Assembly: GCA_965228735.1 (NCBI GenBank)
Contig: OZ245838.1
Location: forward strand, 2,656,001 to 2,720,000
Reading direction: 5' to 3'
Length of the DNA: 64,000 bases
DNA from: Planctomycetota bacterium
GTDB lineage: Bacteria; Planctomycetota; UBA1135; UBA2386
Shown: piece after piece, positions 48,025 to 64,000 of the stretch
How the letters are laid out: every line of letters starts with the position of its first letter
Position numbering within the stretch: position 1 is the stretch's first letter
Program-made: the position numbers and the translations under genes
The notes under the pieces: generated by a model
Databases searched by the model: none
What the model saw: only the letters and a program-made list of their open reading frames with translations
What the model was told of the DNA's origin: nothing

Positions 48025-49365
48025 TCAATCGACGCTCGCGAACCCGGCGGCCTCGGCCTGCGCCTCGGTCTCGAAGTAGATTCGGCGCTTGGCCGGGATC
48101 TTGTTCGCCGGACCGATGCCGTACGGGTGGAACACGCGCGCCTTGGTGTCGCCGACGAACCGCACGGTGAGTTCGCGTTCGCAGTAGGCGCAGCACAGGA
48201 CCCCGAACGGCTCTTCCGCGCGCAGCCGGAAGTCGCGCACGAGGTAGCGCACGCCTTCGCCGTTGGTGATGCAGCGCTCGTTCTGACAGCGCAGCACGCT
48301 GCCGGCATCGATCCCGCCGTGCGATGCCATGTGCTCGGGCGGCGCCGCGCGCAGCTGGATGCGGCCGAGCAGGAACGCCATGAGCGCCATGCGCATCGGC
48401 ACGCCGAGCTCCGCCTGCCGGAAGTAGATCGAGCGCGGATCGTCATCGACCTCGTAGTCGATCTCGTCGACGCGCGGCAGCGGATGCATGATGCTCGCGT
48501 CGCGCGCCGCGGCCGCACCGAGCGTGCTGCGCGTCAGCCGCGGATAGTCGGCCGTGTCCTCACCGGCATGGCGCTCCCGCTGCGCGCGCGTCATGTAGAT
48601 CGCGTCGATGCGATGGACCTCGACGTTCGTCAGCTTGGTGAACAACGCGAGCTGGTGCGGCTTGCTGGCCGTGAGATAGGCCGCCGAGTTCTTCGCCGAC
48701 GCGATGCCCGGCAGATCGTCCATCGTCGCGGTCGCGGCCTGCACGCCGAAGTCGCGATGCAGGCGCGTGAGCACGTAGTCCGGCAGTTCGAAGCCCGGGT
48801 ACGGCGTCGTCACGATGTTGGCGCCGAACCGCGCAAGCGCGTAGCAGAACGAGTGGATCGTGCGCGAGTAGCGCAGATCGCCGCAGAGCACCACCTCGAG
48901 GCCCTCGAGCCGCCCCTTCTCCTTCCACAGCGTGTAGAGGTCGCACAGCGTCTGCGTCGGATGCTCGTGGGCGCCGTCGCCGCCGTTGATGACGGGGACC
49001 CGGGCATAGCGCGACGCGACCCGCGCCGCGCCGTCCTGCGGATGTCGCACCACGAGGATGTCGGCGTAGCTGCCCCCCACCACGCGCACCGTGTCGGCGA
49101 GCGATTCGCCCTTCGCCGAACTCGTGCTCTCCGTGTCCGCCGCCGTGATCACGCCGCCGCCGAGCCGCAGCATCGCGGACTCGAAGCTCAGCCGGGTGCG
49201 CGTGCTCGGCTCGAAGAACAGCGTCGCCATGATCGCGCCGCGACACAGGTCCGACCAGTCGTGCAGGTTCTGTCGGAATTCCTCGGCGTGATGGAAGAGC
49301 TCGAGGATCTCGGCCGTGCTCAGATCCTCGATCGATACGAGGTCACGCTTCGCTACGTCGGTCAA
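48025..49365 (-). CDS. pyrB: Aspartate carbamoyltransferase catalytic chain with fused C-terminal PyrI-type Zn domain
   Basis: FFEPSTRTRLSFE, KGESLADT, HEHPTQTL, GDLRYSRT, MHPLPRVDEI; tail CQNERC...CAYCER; TTG start. Confidence 0.93.
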   Translation of the reverse strand: MTDVAKRDLVSIEDLSTAEILELFHHAEEFRQNLHDWSDLCRGAIMATLFFEPSTRTRLSFESAMLRLGGGVITAADTESTSSAKGESLADTVRVVGGSYADILVVRHPQDGAARVASRYARVPVINGGDGAHEHPTQTLCDLYTLWKEKGRLEGLEVVLCGDLRYSRTIHSFCYALARFGANIVTTPYPGFELPDYVLTRLHRDFGVQAATATMDDLPGIASAKNSAAYLTASKPHQLALFTKLTNVEVHRIDAIYMTRAQRERHAGEDTADYPRLTRSTLGAAAARDASIMHPLPRVDEIDYEVDDDPRSIYFRQAELGVPMRMALMAFLLGRIQLRAAPPEHMASHGGIDAGSVLRCQNERCITNGEGVRYLVRDFRLRAEEPFGVLCCAYCERELTVRFVGDTKARVFHPYGIGPANKIPAKRRIYFETEAQAEAAGFASVD

Positions 49366-49388
49366 ACTGAGACGAGAGCATACCGGGG

Positions 49389-49505
49389 ATGGCGGTACCG
49401 AACCCGCTTCAAATCCGCCACCGGCAACTCGGCGGGAGAGCCGATGGGTTGCGGAACCGGGCCGGCGGCGCCGTGGCGAATACGAAGCGGGTTCGGTACT
49501 GCCAC
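49389..49505. mobile_element. REPIN/MITE-like element: 33-bp imperfect terminal inverted repeats around a 51-bp spacer
   Basis: 49389..49421 vs reverse complement of 49473..49505 matches 28/33; left arm identical to 14434..14466. No transposase in window. Confidence 0.6.
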
Positions 49506-49509
49506 CTCG

Positions 49510-50499
49510 TCACGGCAACGCTGCGGGCCCGCCGACCGGGCCCGCGGGCGGCAGTTCGCGCCGCTCGCGCAGGACCTCGCCGAAGCGCTCGCGCAGCGTC
49601 GCGGGATCGTCGGCCGTCGCGGTGATCGCCAGATCGCGCGGCACGTCCGCCGGCCAGTCGGCGGCCGGCAGGTCGGCCTTGTTGGCCACGACGAGCACGT
49701 TCGCAGCACGCGTCGCTGCCGCGAAGATGGTGCGATCGGCCGCGGTCGGGCCGACGCTCGCATCGATGACGAGCAGGACGATCGCACCCGCCCGCAGCTG
49801 CTGCCCACGCGCGATCGCGGCGCGGTCGACGGCCGAGCCGGCGGCCCCCTCGCCCGCCGTGTCGACGAGCCGGTACGGGTAGCCGGCCAGCGTCGTCACC
49901 TCGTCCACGGGGTCGCGCGTCAGGCCGGGCAGCGGCCCGGTGAGCGCCCGTTCGCGGAACAGCAGCCGGTTGAACAGCGTCGACTTGCCCGCGTTCTGCG
50001 CGCCGGCGAGCACCAGCCGACCCGGCTCGACGTGGGCCCGGGCGATGCGGCTGCGGCGGTCGAACTCCGGGTCCACGCCAGCCGCCGGCGGGGCGCCGTG
50101 CGCGTCGCGCTCGTAATCGAGCTGCTCGAGCGCGAGGTCGAGTTGGGCTTTTGACAACGCCGCCCGCATCAGCCGCGTCGCCGGCGACCCGGGGTCGGCG
50201 GGCACTTCCCCGAACCGTTCGCGCAGCGCGTCGACCACGGCCATCGAGCCGTGCAGGTGCAGTTCGATGCTGCCCGCGCCAGAGCGCCCGCTGCGATCGA
50301 CGACGAGCACCTCGTCGATCGGGTCGTGGTCGAGCACGAGCGCGGCGAGTCGCGGCCGGGCGCGCTCGCCGTCGCCGGCACCGAAGGCGAACGGTCGCCC
50401 CGACGGCGTGCGCAACACCGCGCCCACGGCATCCCGTTCGCTCGCCGCGAACGCGACCACCGCGACGCCGGCGACTCCGGGCGGGGTCAGGACCCGCAT
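49510..50499 (-). CDS. MnmE/TrmE-like GTPase, shortened
   Basis: LTPPGVAGVAVV, IDEVLV, ELHLHGS (TrmE N-domain); GAQNAGKSTLFN, GLTRD, DTAG, NKAD. Confidence 0.82.
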   Translation of the reverse strand: MRVLTPPGVAGVAVVAFAASERDAVGAVLRTPSGRPFAFGAGDGERARPRLAALVLDHDPIDEVLVVDRSGRSGAGSIELHLHGSMAVVDALRERFGEVPADPGSPATRLMRAALSKAQLDLALEQLDYERDAHGAPPAAGVDPEFDRRSRIARAHVEPGRLVLAGAQNAGKSTLFNRLLFRERALTGPLPGLTRDPVDEVTTLAGYPYRLVDTAGEGAAGSAVDRAAIARGQQLRAGAIVLLVIDASVGPTAADRTIFAAATRAANVLVVANKADLPAADWPADVPRDLAITATADDPATLRERFGEVLRERRELPPAGPVGGPAALP

Positions 50500-51218
50500 G
50501 AATCGAGCTCCGTCAGCCCGCGGTGCACGAGGTCGGGAACATGAATCGCGCGCAGGCGCGAGTGGCGCCGGAGCCGTTCGGCATTGCCGCCCGTGAGCAC
50601 GACGGTGGCCGGCCCGCCCGCCGCGCGCTGCGTGTCGGCGACGAGACGCTCGACGAGGCCGGCGTAGCCGAGCAGCACGCCCGCCGTGATCGCCGCGTCG
50701 GTCGCGCCGCCGGGCACTTCGGGGTCGCCGTCGAGGTCGGCCGCGGGCAGCGCCGGGGTCACCGCCGCCATCCCGGCGACGAACGCGCGCAGCCCCGGGC
50801 CGATCGCGCCGCCGCAGAACGTGCCGTCCGCCTCGATCAGGTTCACCGTCGTCGCCGAACCGCAGTCGACGGTGATCGCGCGACCGTGCGCGCGATGCGC
50901 CGCGAGCGCGCCGAGCCAGCGGTCCGGGCCGAGGGTCGAAGGCGTGCGGTAGCGCAGCGGCAGCGGACACGCGACGTCGCGCCCGACGAGCCGGAGCGGC
51001 AACCTGGCCGCCGCAGCCACCGCGTCGAGCACGGCAGCCGTGCGTTCGACCACCGTCACGGCGATCACGCGATCCGCGCCGTGCTCGCCAGCGAACGCGG
51101 CGATCCGGGGCCTCACGTCCGCGGCCTCGACGTCGAGACCGAGCGCGTGCGCGCCGAGCCGGCAGCTGATCGTGCTGTTGCCGCCGTCGATCGTCAGCAG
51201 ACCCGCGCGCGCTGCCAC
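50487..51218 (-). CDS. coaX: Type III pantothenate kinase
   Basis: IDGGNS, LGPDRW, VDCGSATT, GGAIGPG, VLTGG, LVHRGL. Confidence 0.92.
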   Translation of the reverse strand: MAARAGLLTIDGGNSTISCRLGAHALGLDVEAADVRPRIAAFAGEHGADRVIAVTVVERTAAVLDAVAAAARLPLRLVGRDVACPLPLRYRTPSTLGPDRWLGALAAHRAHGRAITVDCGSATTVNLIEADGTFCGGAIGPGLRAFVAGMAAVTPALPAADLDGDPEVPGGATDAAITAGVLLGYAGLVERLVADTQRAAGGPATVVLTGGNAERLRRHSRLRAIHVPDLVHRGLTELDSCGS

Positions 51219-51228
51219 GGCCGGGTCG

Positions 51229-52521
51229 CTACTTGTCCGGCAACTGGTAGATGCGCTCGACCTCCTGACCTTGCGACAGCCAGGTGGTAACGAACTCGCG
51301 CACGCCCTTCTTGTACTCCTTCTTGCCGAACTGCACGGCCTGCGCCTTGGACTGGACCTTGCGGCCGTTGACCGAGAGCAGCACGTCGCCCTTGACGACG
51401 CCGTAGGTCGTCGCGAGCTGCGGGGGAAGGTTCGTCACCTGCAGGCCGCGCACGGTGCTGCCCGGCACCTTGCTGCTGTAGGTGTCGAAGTAGACCTTCT
51501 CGAAGAAGTCACTCTCGTTGCTGAACGCCTGCTCGTCCTGGCGGCCGATGTGGCGCACACCGTTGACGAGCTGGGTCTGTTCGCTCTCGATCCACGTGCG
51601 CTGCGAACTGGTGTTCTCGTTCGCCTGCTCGGGCCGCGGCGTGCCGCGCTCGCCGTAGAGCCGATGCAGCTCGGCGAGGACCTCCTGACTCAGCGACGCC
51701 GTGGACTTGTAGAGCGGTTCCTCTTCGGGCTTCGCCTGGGTCGTCGGATCCGGGTTCTCGTCGCTCGGCACGCCTTCGCGCACGAAGTAGGCGAGCTGCG
51801 CGGTCGGGTCGACGCGCACGAGCTTGATGTGGTCGAACGGCGGCCACAGGTGCGGGTCGCGGCGCGGATCGCCCTCGCCCTGGATCCACACCTCCTGCAG
51901 CAGCACGCTCGGCCCCGTGGCGGTGGGCATCGACGTGGTGCGCGGCGGCGCCTGGGGGTTGCCGGATCGATTCGGCCGGAAGTTCTGGTTGCCGCCAGCG
52001 CGCGGCGGCGGAACGCCGTCGGGCGGGCCGCCGTAGCCGGTCGCGGCCACCGAGTTCTGCCGCACGTACCACTCCGGCGGCTGCACGCCGGACTCCGGCT
52101 TGTAGCGCACGACGACGTGGGACAGAGCACCCTGGCCCTTGTCCGCGCCGTCGTACATGAGCGCCGACAGCTCGATGATGTCTTCGAGCGGGATCTGCGG
52201 CGGCGTGACGATCTCCGGCTCCTGGTTGCCCTCGGCCTCCGCCGGATCGACCGGCGGCGGCGGCAGCTTGCCGATGAAGTTCGCCTTCTTGAGCTGGTCC
52301 CACCACGCCCGGTTCTTGTCCGAGTAGAGCCAGTCGGCCGTGACCTGCCCCCGGCCGCGCCCCACCGAGATCCGATCGGTCGCGGCCTTGGTGCCGCGAT
52401 TCATCGCTTCCCGCTTCGTTTCGGCCTTCTGCAGCGGCAGCAGTTCGTAGACCTGCCACCCCGTGAACCCGGCGAGGCCGAGAGCCGACGTGTACAGCAG
52501 GAAAGGGATCGGAAGTTTCAT
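51229..52521 (-). CDS. Membrane-anchored protein with C-terminal PDZ-like domain (GspC-like architecture)
   Basis: N-terminal TM, Pro-rich linker, C-terminal GLQVT...YGVVKGDVLLSVNG PDZ signature. Confidence 0.7.
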   Translation of the reverse strand: MKLPIPFLLYTSALGLAGFTGWQVYELLPLQKAETKREAMNRGTKAATDRISVGRGRGQVTADWLYSDKNRAWWDQLKKANFIGKLPPPPVDPAEAEGNQEPEIVTPPQIPLEDIIELSALMYDGADKGQGALSHVVVRYKPESGVQPPEWYVRQNSVAATGYGGPPDGVPPPRAGGNQNFRPNRSGNPQAPPRTTSMPTATGPSVLLQEVWIQGEGDPRRDPHLWPPFDHIKLVRVDPTAQLAYFVREGVPSDENPDPTTQAKPEEEPLYKSTASLSQEVLAELHRLYGERGTPRPEQANENTSSQRTWIESEQTQLVNGVRHIGRQDEQAFSNESDFFEKVYFDTYSSKVPGSTVRGLQVTNLPPQLATTYGVVKGDVLLSVNGRKVQSKAQAVQFGKKEYKKGVREFVTTWLSQGQEVERIYQLPDK

Positions 52522-52742
52522 GGTCGCAGCGGGTTCTGCAGTTGCCGGAGTCTAGCCAGCGCGCCGGGGCAGGCGCACCGGAATCACCCCCGGAATCACG
52601 AGTTGGGACGGAGAAGCGACGCGCTTTCTTCCCGAAAGTCCCACCCGCGAGGCCAGGGCGAGGAAGCCCCCACGATACCGCGCGCAGGCGGCCGGTGGCC
52701 GCGACCGGAACGGGCCCGGGCGAACCGGGCGCGGGGTACACG

Positions 52743-52769
52743 AAAACGGGCTCGCCGAAGCGAGCCCGT
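52743..52769 (-). terminator. Rho-independent terminator after rpsG
   Basis: Minus strand ACGGGCTCGC-TTCG-GCGAGCCCGT followed by TTT; cUUCGg tetraloop. Confidence 0.8.
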
Positions 52770-52839
52770 CGAGGGGAGGTGCCTTGCCGAGCAATGCTGC
52801 CAGGAGCAGTGCCGGCTCCCGCCAGGGGAGAATGGGTCC

Positions 52840-53313
52840 CTACCAGGAGAAATGACTGTAGGCGGAGTTCGCCTCGGCCATCTTGTGCACGTTCTCCTTC
52901 TTCGTCACGGCCGCGCCCTGATTGTTGAACGCGTCGAAGAACTCTTCCGCGAGCGACTTGCCCATCGGCTTGCCGCGCTTGCTGCGAGCGGAGTCGACGA
53001 GCCAGCGGATCGCGAGGCTCTGCTGGCGCCGCTTGCTGACTTCGCGCGGGACCTGGTAGGTCGCGCCGCCAACACGCTTGCTGCGCACCTCGACGCGCGG
53101 CTTGATGTTGTCGATCGCCTTCACGAAGACCTCGGTCGGATCCTCGACCTCGACCTTTTTGCAGACCGTGTCGATCGCGTTGTAGAACAGCTTCTGCGCG
53201 GCGATCTTCTTCCCGTCGAGCATGATCTGATTGATGATCTTGCTCGCGAGCTTGCTGCCGTAGCGCGGGTCACCCTGGAGGTGAACTTCCGTGGACTTGT
53301 AGCTGCGGGGCAT
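52840..53313 (-). CDS. rpsG: 30S ribosomal protein S7
   Basis: DGKK..A, VEVRSKRVGGATYQVP, HKMAEAN.AYSHF. Confidence 0.98.
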   Translation of the reverse strand: MPRSYKSTEVHLQGDPRYGSKLASKIINQIMLDGKKIAAQKLFYNAIDTVCKKVEVEDPTEVFVKAIDNIKPRVEVRSKRVGGATYQVPREVSKRRQQSLAIRWLVDSARSKRGKPMGKSLAEEFFDAFNNQGAAVTKKENVHKMAEANSAYSHFSW

Positions 53314-53358
53314 TCTTCGGTGTTCCTGTATTCGTTACTGGGTCGCCGGGGACCGCCC

Positions 53359-53733
53359 CTACGCCTTCGGCCTCTTGGTGCCGTACTTCGAACGGCCGCG
53401 ACGCCGGTTCTCGACGCCGGACGCGTCGAGGCAGCCGCGCAGCACGTGGTAGCGCACACCCGGAAGGTCACGGACGCGGCCACCGCGGATCAGCACGATC
53501 GAGTGCTCCTGCAGGTTGTGGCCCTCGCCCGGGATGTAGACCGTCGTCTCCTTGCCGTTGCTCAGGCGAACACGCGCGATCTTGCGGAGCGCGGAGTTCG
53601 GCTTCTTGGGCGTCATCGTCTTCACCTGCAGGCACACGCCGCGCTTGTGCGGGCAGGCCTCGAGGATCGGCGACTTGCTCTTCTCTTTGATCTTCTTGCG
53701 ACCCTTGCGGATGAGCTGGTTGATCGTGGGCAT
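53359..53733 (-). CDS. rpsL: 30S ribosomal protein S12
   Basis: [42 protein letters not shown]. Confidence 0.99.
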   Translation of the reverse strand: MPTINQLIRKGRKKIKEKSKSPILEACPHKRGVCLQVKTMTPKKPNSALRKIARVRLSNGKETTVYIPGEGHNLQEHSIVLIRGGRVRDLPGVRYHVLRGCLDASGVENRRRGRSKYGTKRPKA

Positions 53734-53908
53734 GAAGGTCTGGTCTACAGTGGTCTACAGTCGTGGTGGTGCCAGGCGAACTGGCGCGATCCGGTGGCGT
53801 CCCAGCCGGATTTGGGGCGGCGCAGCGTAGGGACCGCCCCGGGTCTTTGCAATGCCGGAAGCCGCCAAAAGCGACCTCCGGTGGCGGCTCGACCGACTCG
53901 GCCGGCCC

Positions 53909-58138
<4,230 letters not shown>

Positions 58139-58207
58139 CGGTTGCCTCGTTGATAGTGCTGTCGGGGTTTGCTGCGGGAGGGTGTGCGAGTGCGATCCGA
58201 CTCGCCG

Positions 58208-61918
<3,711 letters not shown>

Positions 61919-62487
61919 ACGTTCTCACCTGAAGACCCCAGGGGCGTGGGGTCATGCTTGATCAGCGGCGCCATCGTCGAGCCGGCCAGGGTCGCACTGG
62001 CGAGGGGCGACGACGCGCACCGTCTGATCGTTTGGGCCAAGGGTTGGGGGTGGCGAATGCCGAGGGTGTGCCGGACCTGCCGATCCGGCGTGGGTTCGAA
62101 CCGAACGAGTTGGTCGAGCCGAGAGGAGGAGGTCGTCCTCCGCGGCTCACTCCGGCGGCGCTCCGCGTGACACACACCGACGGACCGCGAGCGACGCCGG
62201 GCGGCGTGGCTCGAAGCTCGCTGCGTTACGACAGAACGGACGACGGACACTCAGGAGGAAGGGCACGGAGCGACCGGCTCGAAGTCACCCCGCAAAAAGC
62301 GCACCAGCACGAAGACAAAGCGTACAAACACGCCTGCCCCGGCTGCAACCGAAAAAGGTTGCATCAACCGGAACAGGGCGTCCCCATCACGCGAGACCCC
62401 GAATCGAGGCCGCCCGAATCCGGGGGGACCGAACCGAGGCGGACCAGGCGAAGATCGGCCTGGCTCGCGGATGTCGCTGACCGAGCA

Positions 62488-62892
62488 CTACTTGAGCTCG
62501 ACCGAGGCACCGGCCTCGGTGAGCTTCTTCTCGAGCTCGGCGGCTTCTTCCTTGCTGACGCCTTCCTTGATCGGCTTCGGCGCTTCGTCGACCAGGCCCT
62601 TGGCCTCCTTGAGGCCCAGGCCGGTGATCTCGCGCACCACCTTGATGACGTTGATCTTGGCGCTGCCGGCGTCCTTGAGCACGACCGTGAACTCGGTCTG
62701 CTCTTCGGCCGCGGCTTCGCCGCCACCACCACCACCGGCCGCCGCGACGGCGACGGGCGCCGCGGCGCTCACGCCCCAGCGGTCTTCCATCGCCTTCACG
62801 AGCTGGGCGGCCTGGCCCAGGCTCAGGGCGTCGATCTTGGTGAAGATTTCCTCGAGGTCGGCGTCGAGGGTCACGGTTGCTTCGTCGGACAT
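62488..62892 (-). CDS. rplL: 50S ribosomal protein L7/L12
   Basis: Start MSDEAT with [43 protein letters not shown]. Confidence 0.97.
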   Translation of the reverse strand: MSDEATVTLDADLEEIFTKIDALSLGQAAQLVKAMEDRWGVSAAAPVAVAAAGGGGGGEAAAEEQTEFTVVLKDAGSAKINVIKVVREITGLGLKEAKGLVDEAPKPIKEGVSKEEAAELEKKLTEAGASVELK

Positions 62893-63028
62893 GATGAACT
62901 CCGGTCTATGTGCTCGGTCCGCAGTGCGCGGGTCGGGTGCGTGGGTTGGGTATGGGTTGTGTTGGGAGGATCCCGGCGGCCAGCCGCGGTGCGGCCCACA
63001 CCGTCCGGGACTACTCGACCGTCCGGGA

Positions 63029-63550
63029 CTATTCGCCCTTGTCGATCTTGGCTTGGATGCAGCGCGCGAGGCCACCGGCCACGGCGTTGAGAACGGACGC
63101 CAGCGAGCGTGCGGGGCCGCTGATGGCGCTGACGATCTGGGTGTTGACGGTGTCGCGGTCCGGCAGGGCCGCGATCTGCTCGGCCTGGTCGCCGCTGTAG
63201 ACCTGACCCTCGACGAGGCCGGCGCGGATCGCGATCGGCGCCTCCTTCTGCTTCTTGATCCACTCCTTGAGGATCTTGGCCGCCTTGATGGCGCCCTCCT
63301 CCTCGGCGATCGCGAAGCCGCAGCGACCCTTGAGCGAGTCGCCGAGGTCCGGGCTGATGTCCGCGAGCGCGCGCTTGGCGAGCCGCGTCCGCACGAGGCG
63401 GTACTTGACGCCCGCTTCGCGCAGCTGGGTGCGGATGTCGATGTCCTGCTGCGGACCGACCGCGCCGTGCTCGACCACGACGCACGATCCCATGCTCTGG
63501 AACTCCTGCTCGAGGTCCTTGACGAGGCTCTCGTTGACGATGTTCGGCAT
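63029..63550 (-). CDS. rplJ: 50S ribosomal protein L10
   Basis: Position between rplA and rpl[28 protein letters not shown]. Confidence 0.95.
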   Translation of the reverse strand: MPNIVNESLVKDLEQEFQSMGSCVVVEHGAVGPQQDIDIRTQLREAGVKYRLVRTRLAKRALADISPDLGDSLKGRCGFAIAEEEGAIKAAKILKEWIKKQKEAPIAIRAGLVEGQVYSGDQAEQIAALPDRDTVNTQIVSAISGPARSLASVLNAVAGGLARCIQAKIDKGE

Positions 63551-63562
63551 TGCTAGGACTCC

Positions 63563-64000
63563 TTACTCGACGGCCAGCTGGACCCCGGGGCCCATGCTCG
63601 TGGAAACGACGACCTTGCGGATGAACGCGCCCTTGGCCTGCGACGGCCGCAGCGCGCGCAGGTGGTCGACGAAGGCGGTGAGGTTCTCGGCGAGATCGCC
63701 AGCGGCGAACGACTTCTTGCCGATCGCGGCGTGGATGTTGGCGCCCGAGTCCGTGCGGAACTCGATCTTGCCCGCCTTGAACTCCTTGACGGCGTCCGCG
63801 ACGTTGGGCGTGACCGTGCCGGCCTTCGGCGAGGGCATCTTGCCCTGCGGGCCGAGGACCTTACCGAGCTTGCCGACGAAGCGCATCATGTCGGGCGACG
63901 CGATCGTCATGTCGAAGTCGGTGAAGCCCTTCTCGATCTTCTCGGCGAGATCGGCCGCACCGACGTAGTCCGCGCCGGCCGCCTCGGCCTCCTTGGCCTT
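63563..64000 (-). CDS. rplA: 50S ribosomal protein L1 (5' part outside the window)
   Basis: [35 protein letters not shown]. Confidence 0.98.
   Translation of the reverse strand, partial: KAKEAEAAGADYVGAADLAEKIEKGFTDFDMTIASPDMMRFVGKLGKVLGPQGKMPSPKAGTVTPNVADAVKEFKAGKIEFRTDSGANIHAAIGKKSFAAGDLAENLTAFVDHLRALRPSQAKGAFIRKVVVSTSMGPGVQLAVE

Noticed and set aside
61919..62487. Long rplL-rpoB intergenic region as ncRNA, tRNA or small gene
   Set aside because: No cloverleaf or recognisable RNA motif; short ORFs lack convincing coding features; only a small dyad TGCAACC-N6-GGTTGCA.

Overview
High-GC bacterial window, most likely Planctomycetota (inferred from the Rpo[22 protein letters not shown] and S12 RVRDLPG variants). 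It is almost entirely minus-strand coded. The right end holds the core rplA-rplJ-rplL-rpoB-rpoC-rpsL-rpsG cluster, which ends at a terminator with no fusA or tuf. Next come a PDZ membrane protein, coaX, a shortened MnmE-like GTPase and a PyrB fused to a PyrI-type Zn domain plus an Ada-like tail. A 33 kb cell-surface region follows: four large lipoproteins in tandem (two more relatives lie at the left end), prepilin peptidase, an OmpA/MotB lipoprotein, an inverted pilin-like + HAMP membrane protein + histidine kinase module, a divergent EF-G paralog, pilT-pilB-pilC, two paralogous pilins and a GT2-GT4-TMTC-like glycosylation trio. The left part has housekeeping genes (tatD, TlpA, CBS, mog, DUF4863). 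Non-coding oddities are a perfect 54-bp-arm palindrome, a dispersed 33-bp REP/MITE-like repeat and short tandem duplications at gene ends. No CRISPR array, tRNA, rRNA, integrase or transposase was recognised. The best candidates for an undescribed system are the paralogous giant lipoprotein family and the pilus-linked TMTC-like glycosylation cassette. All calls come from motif recognition by eye, with no database searches.
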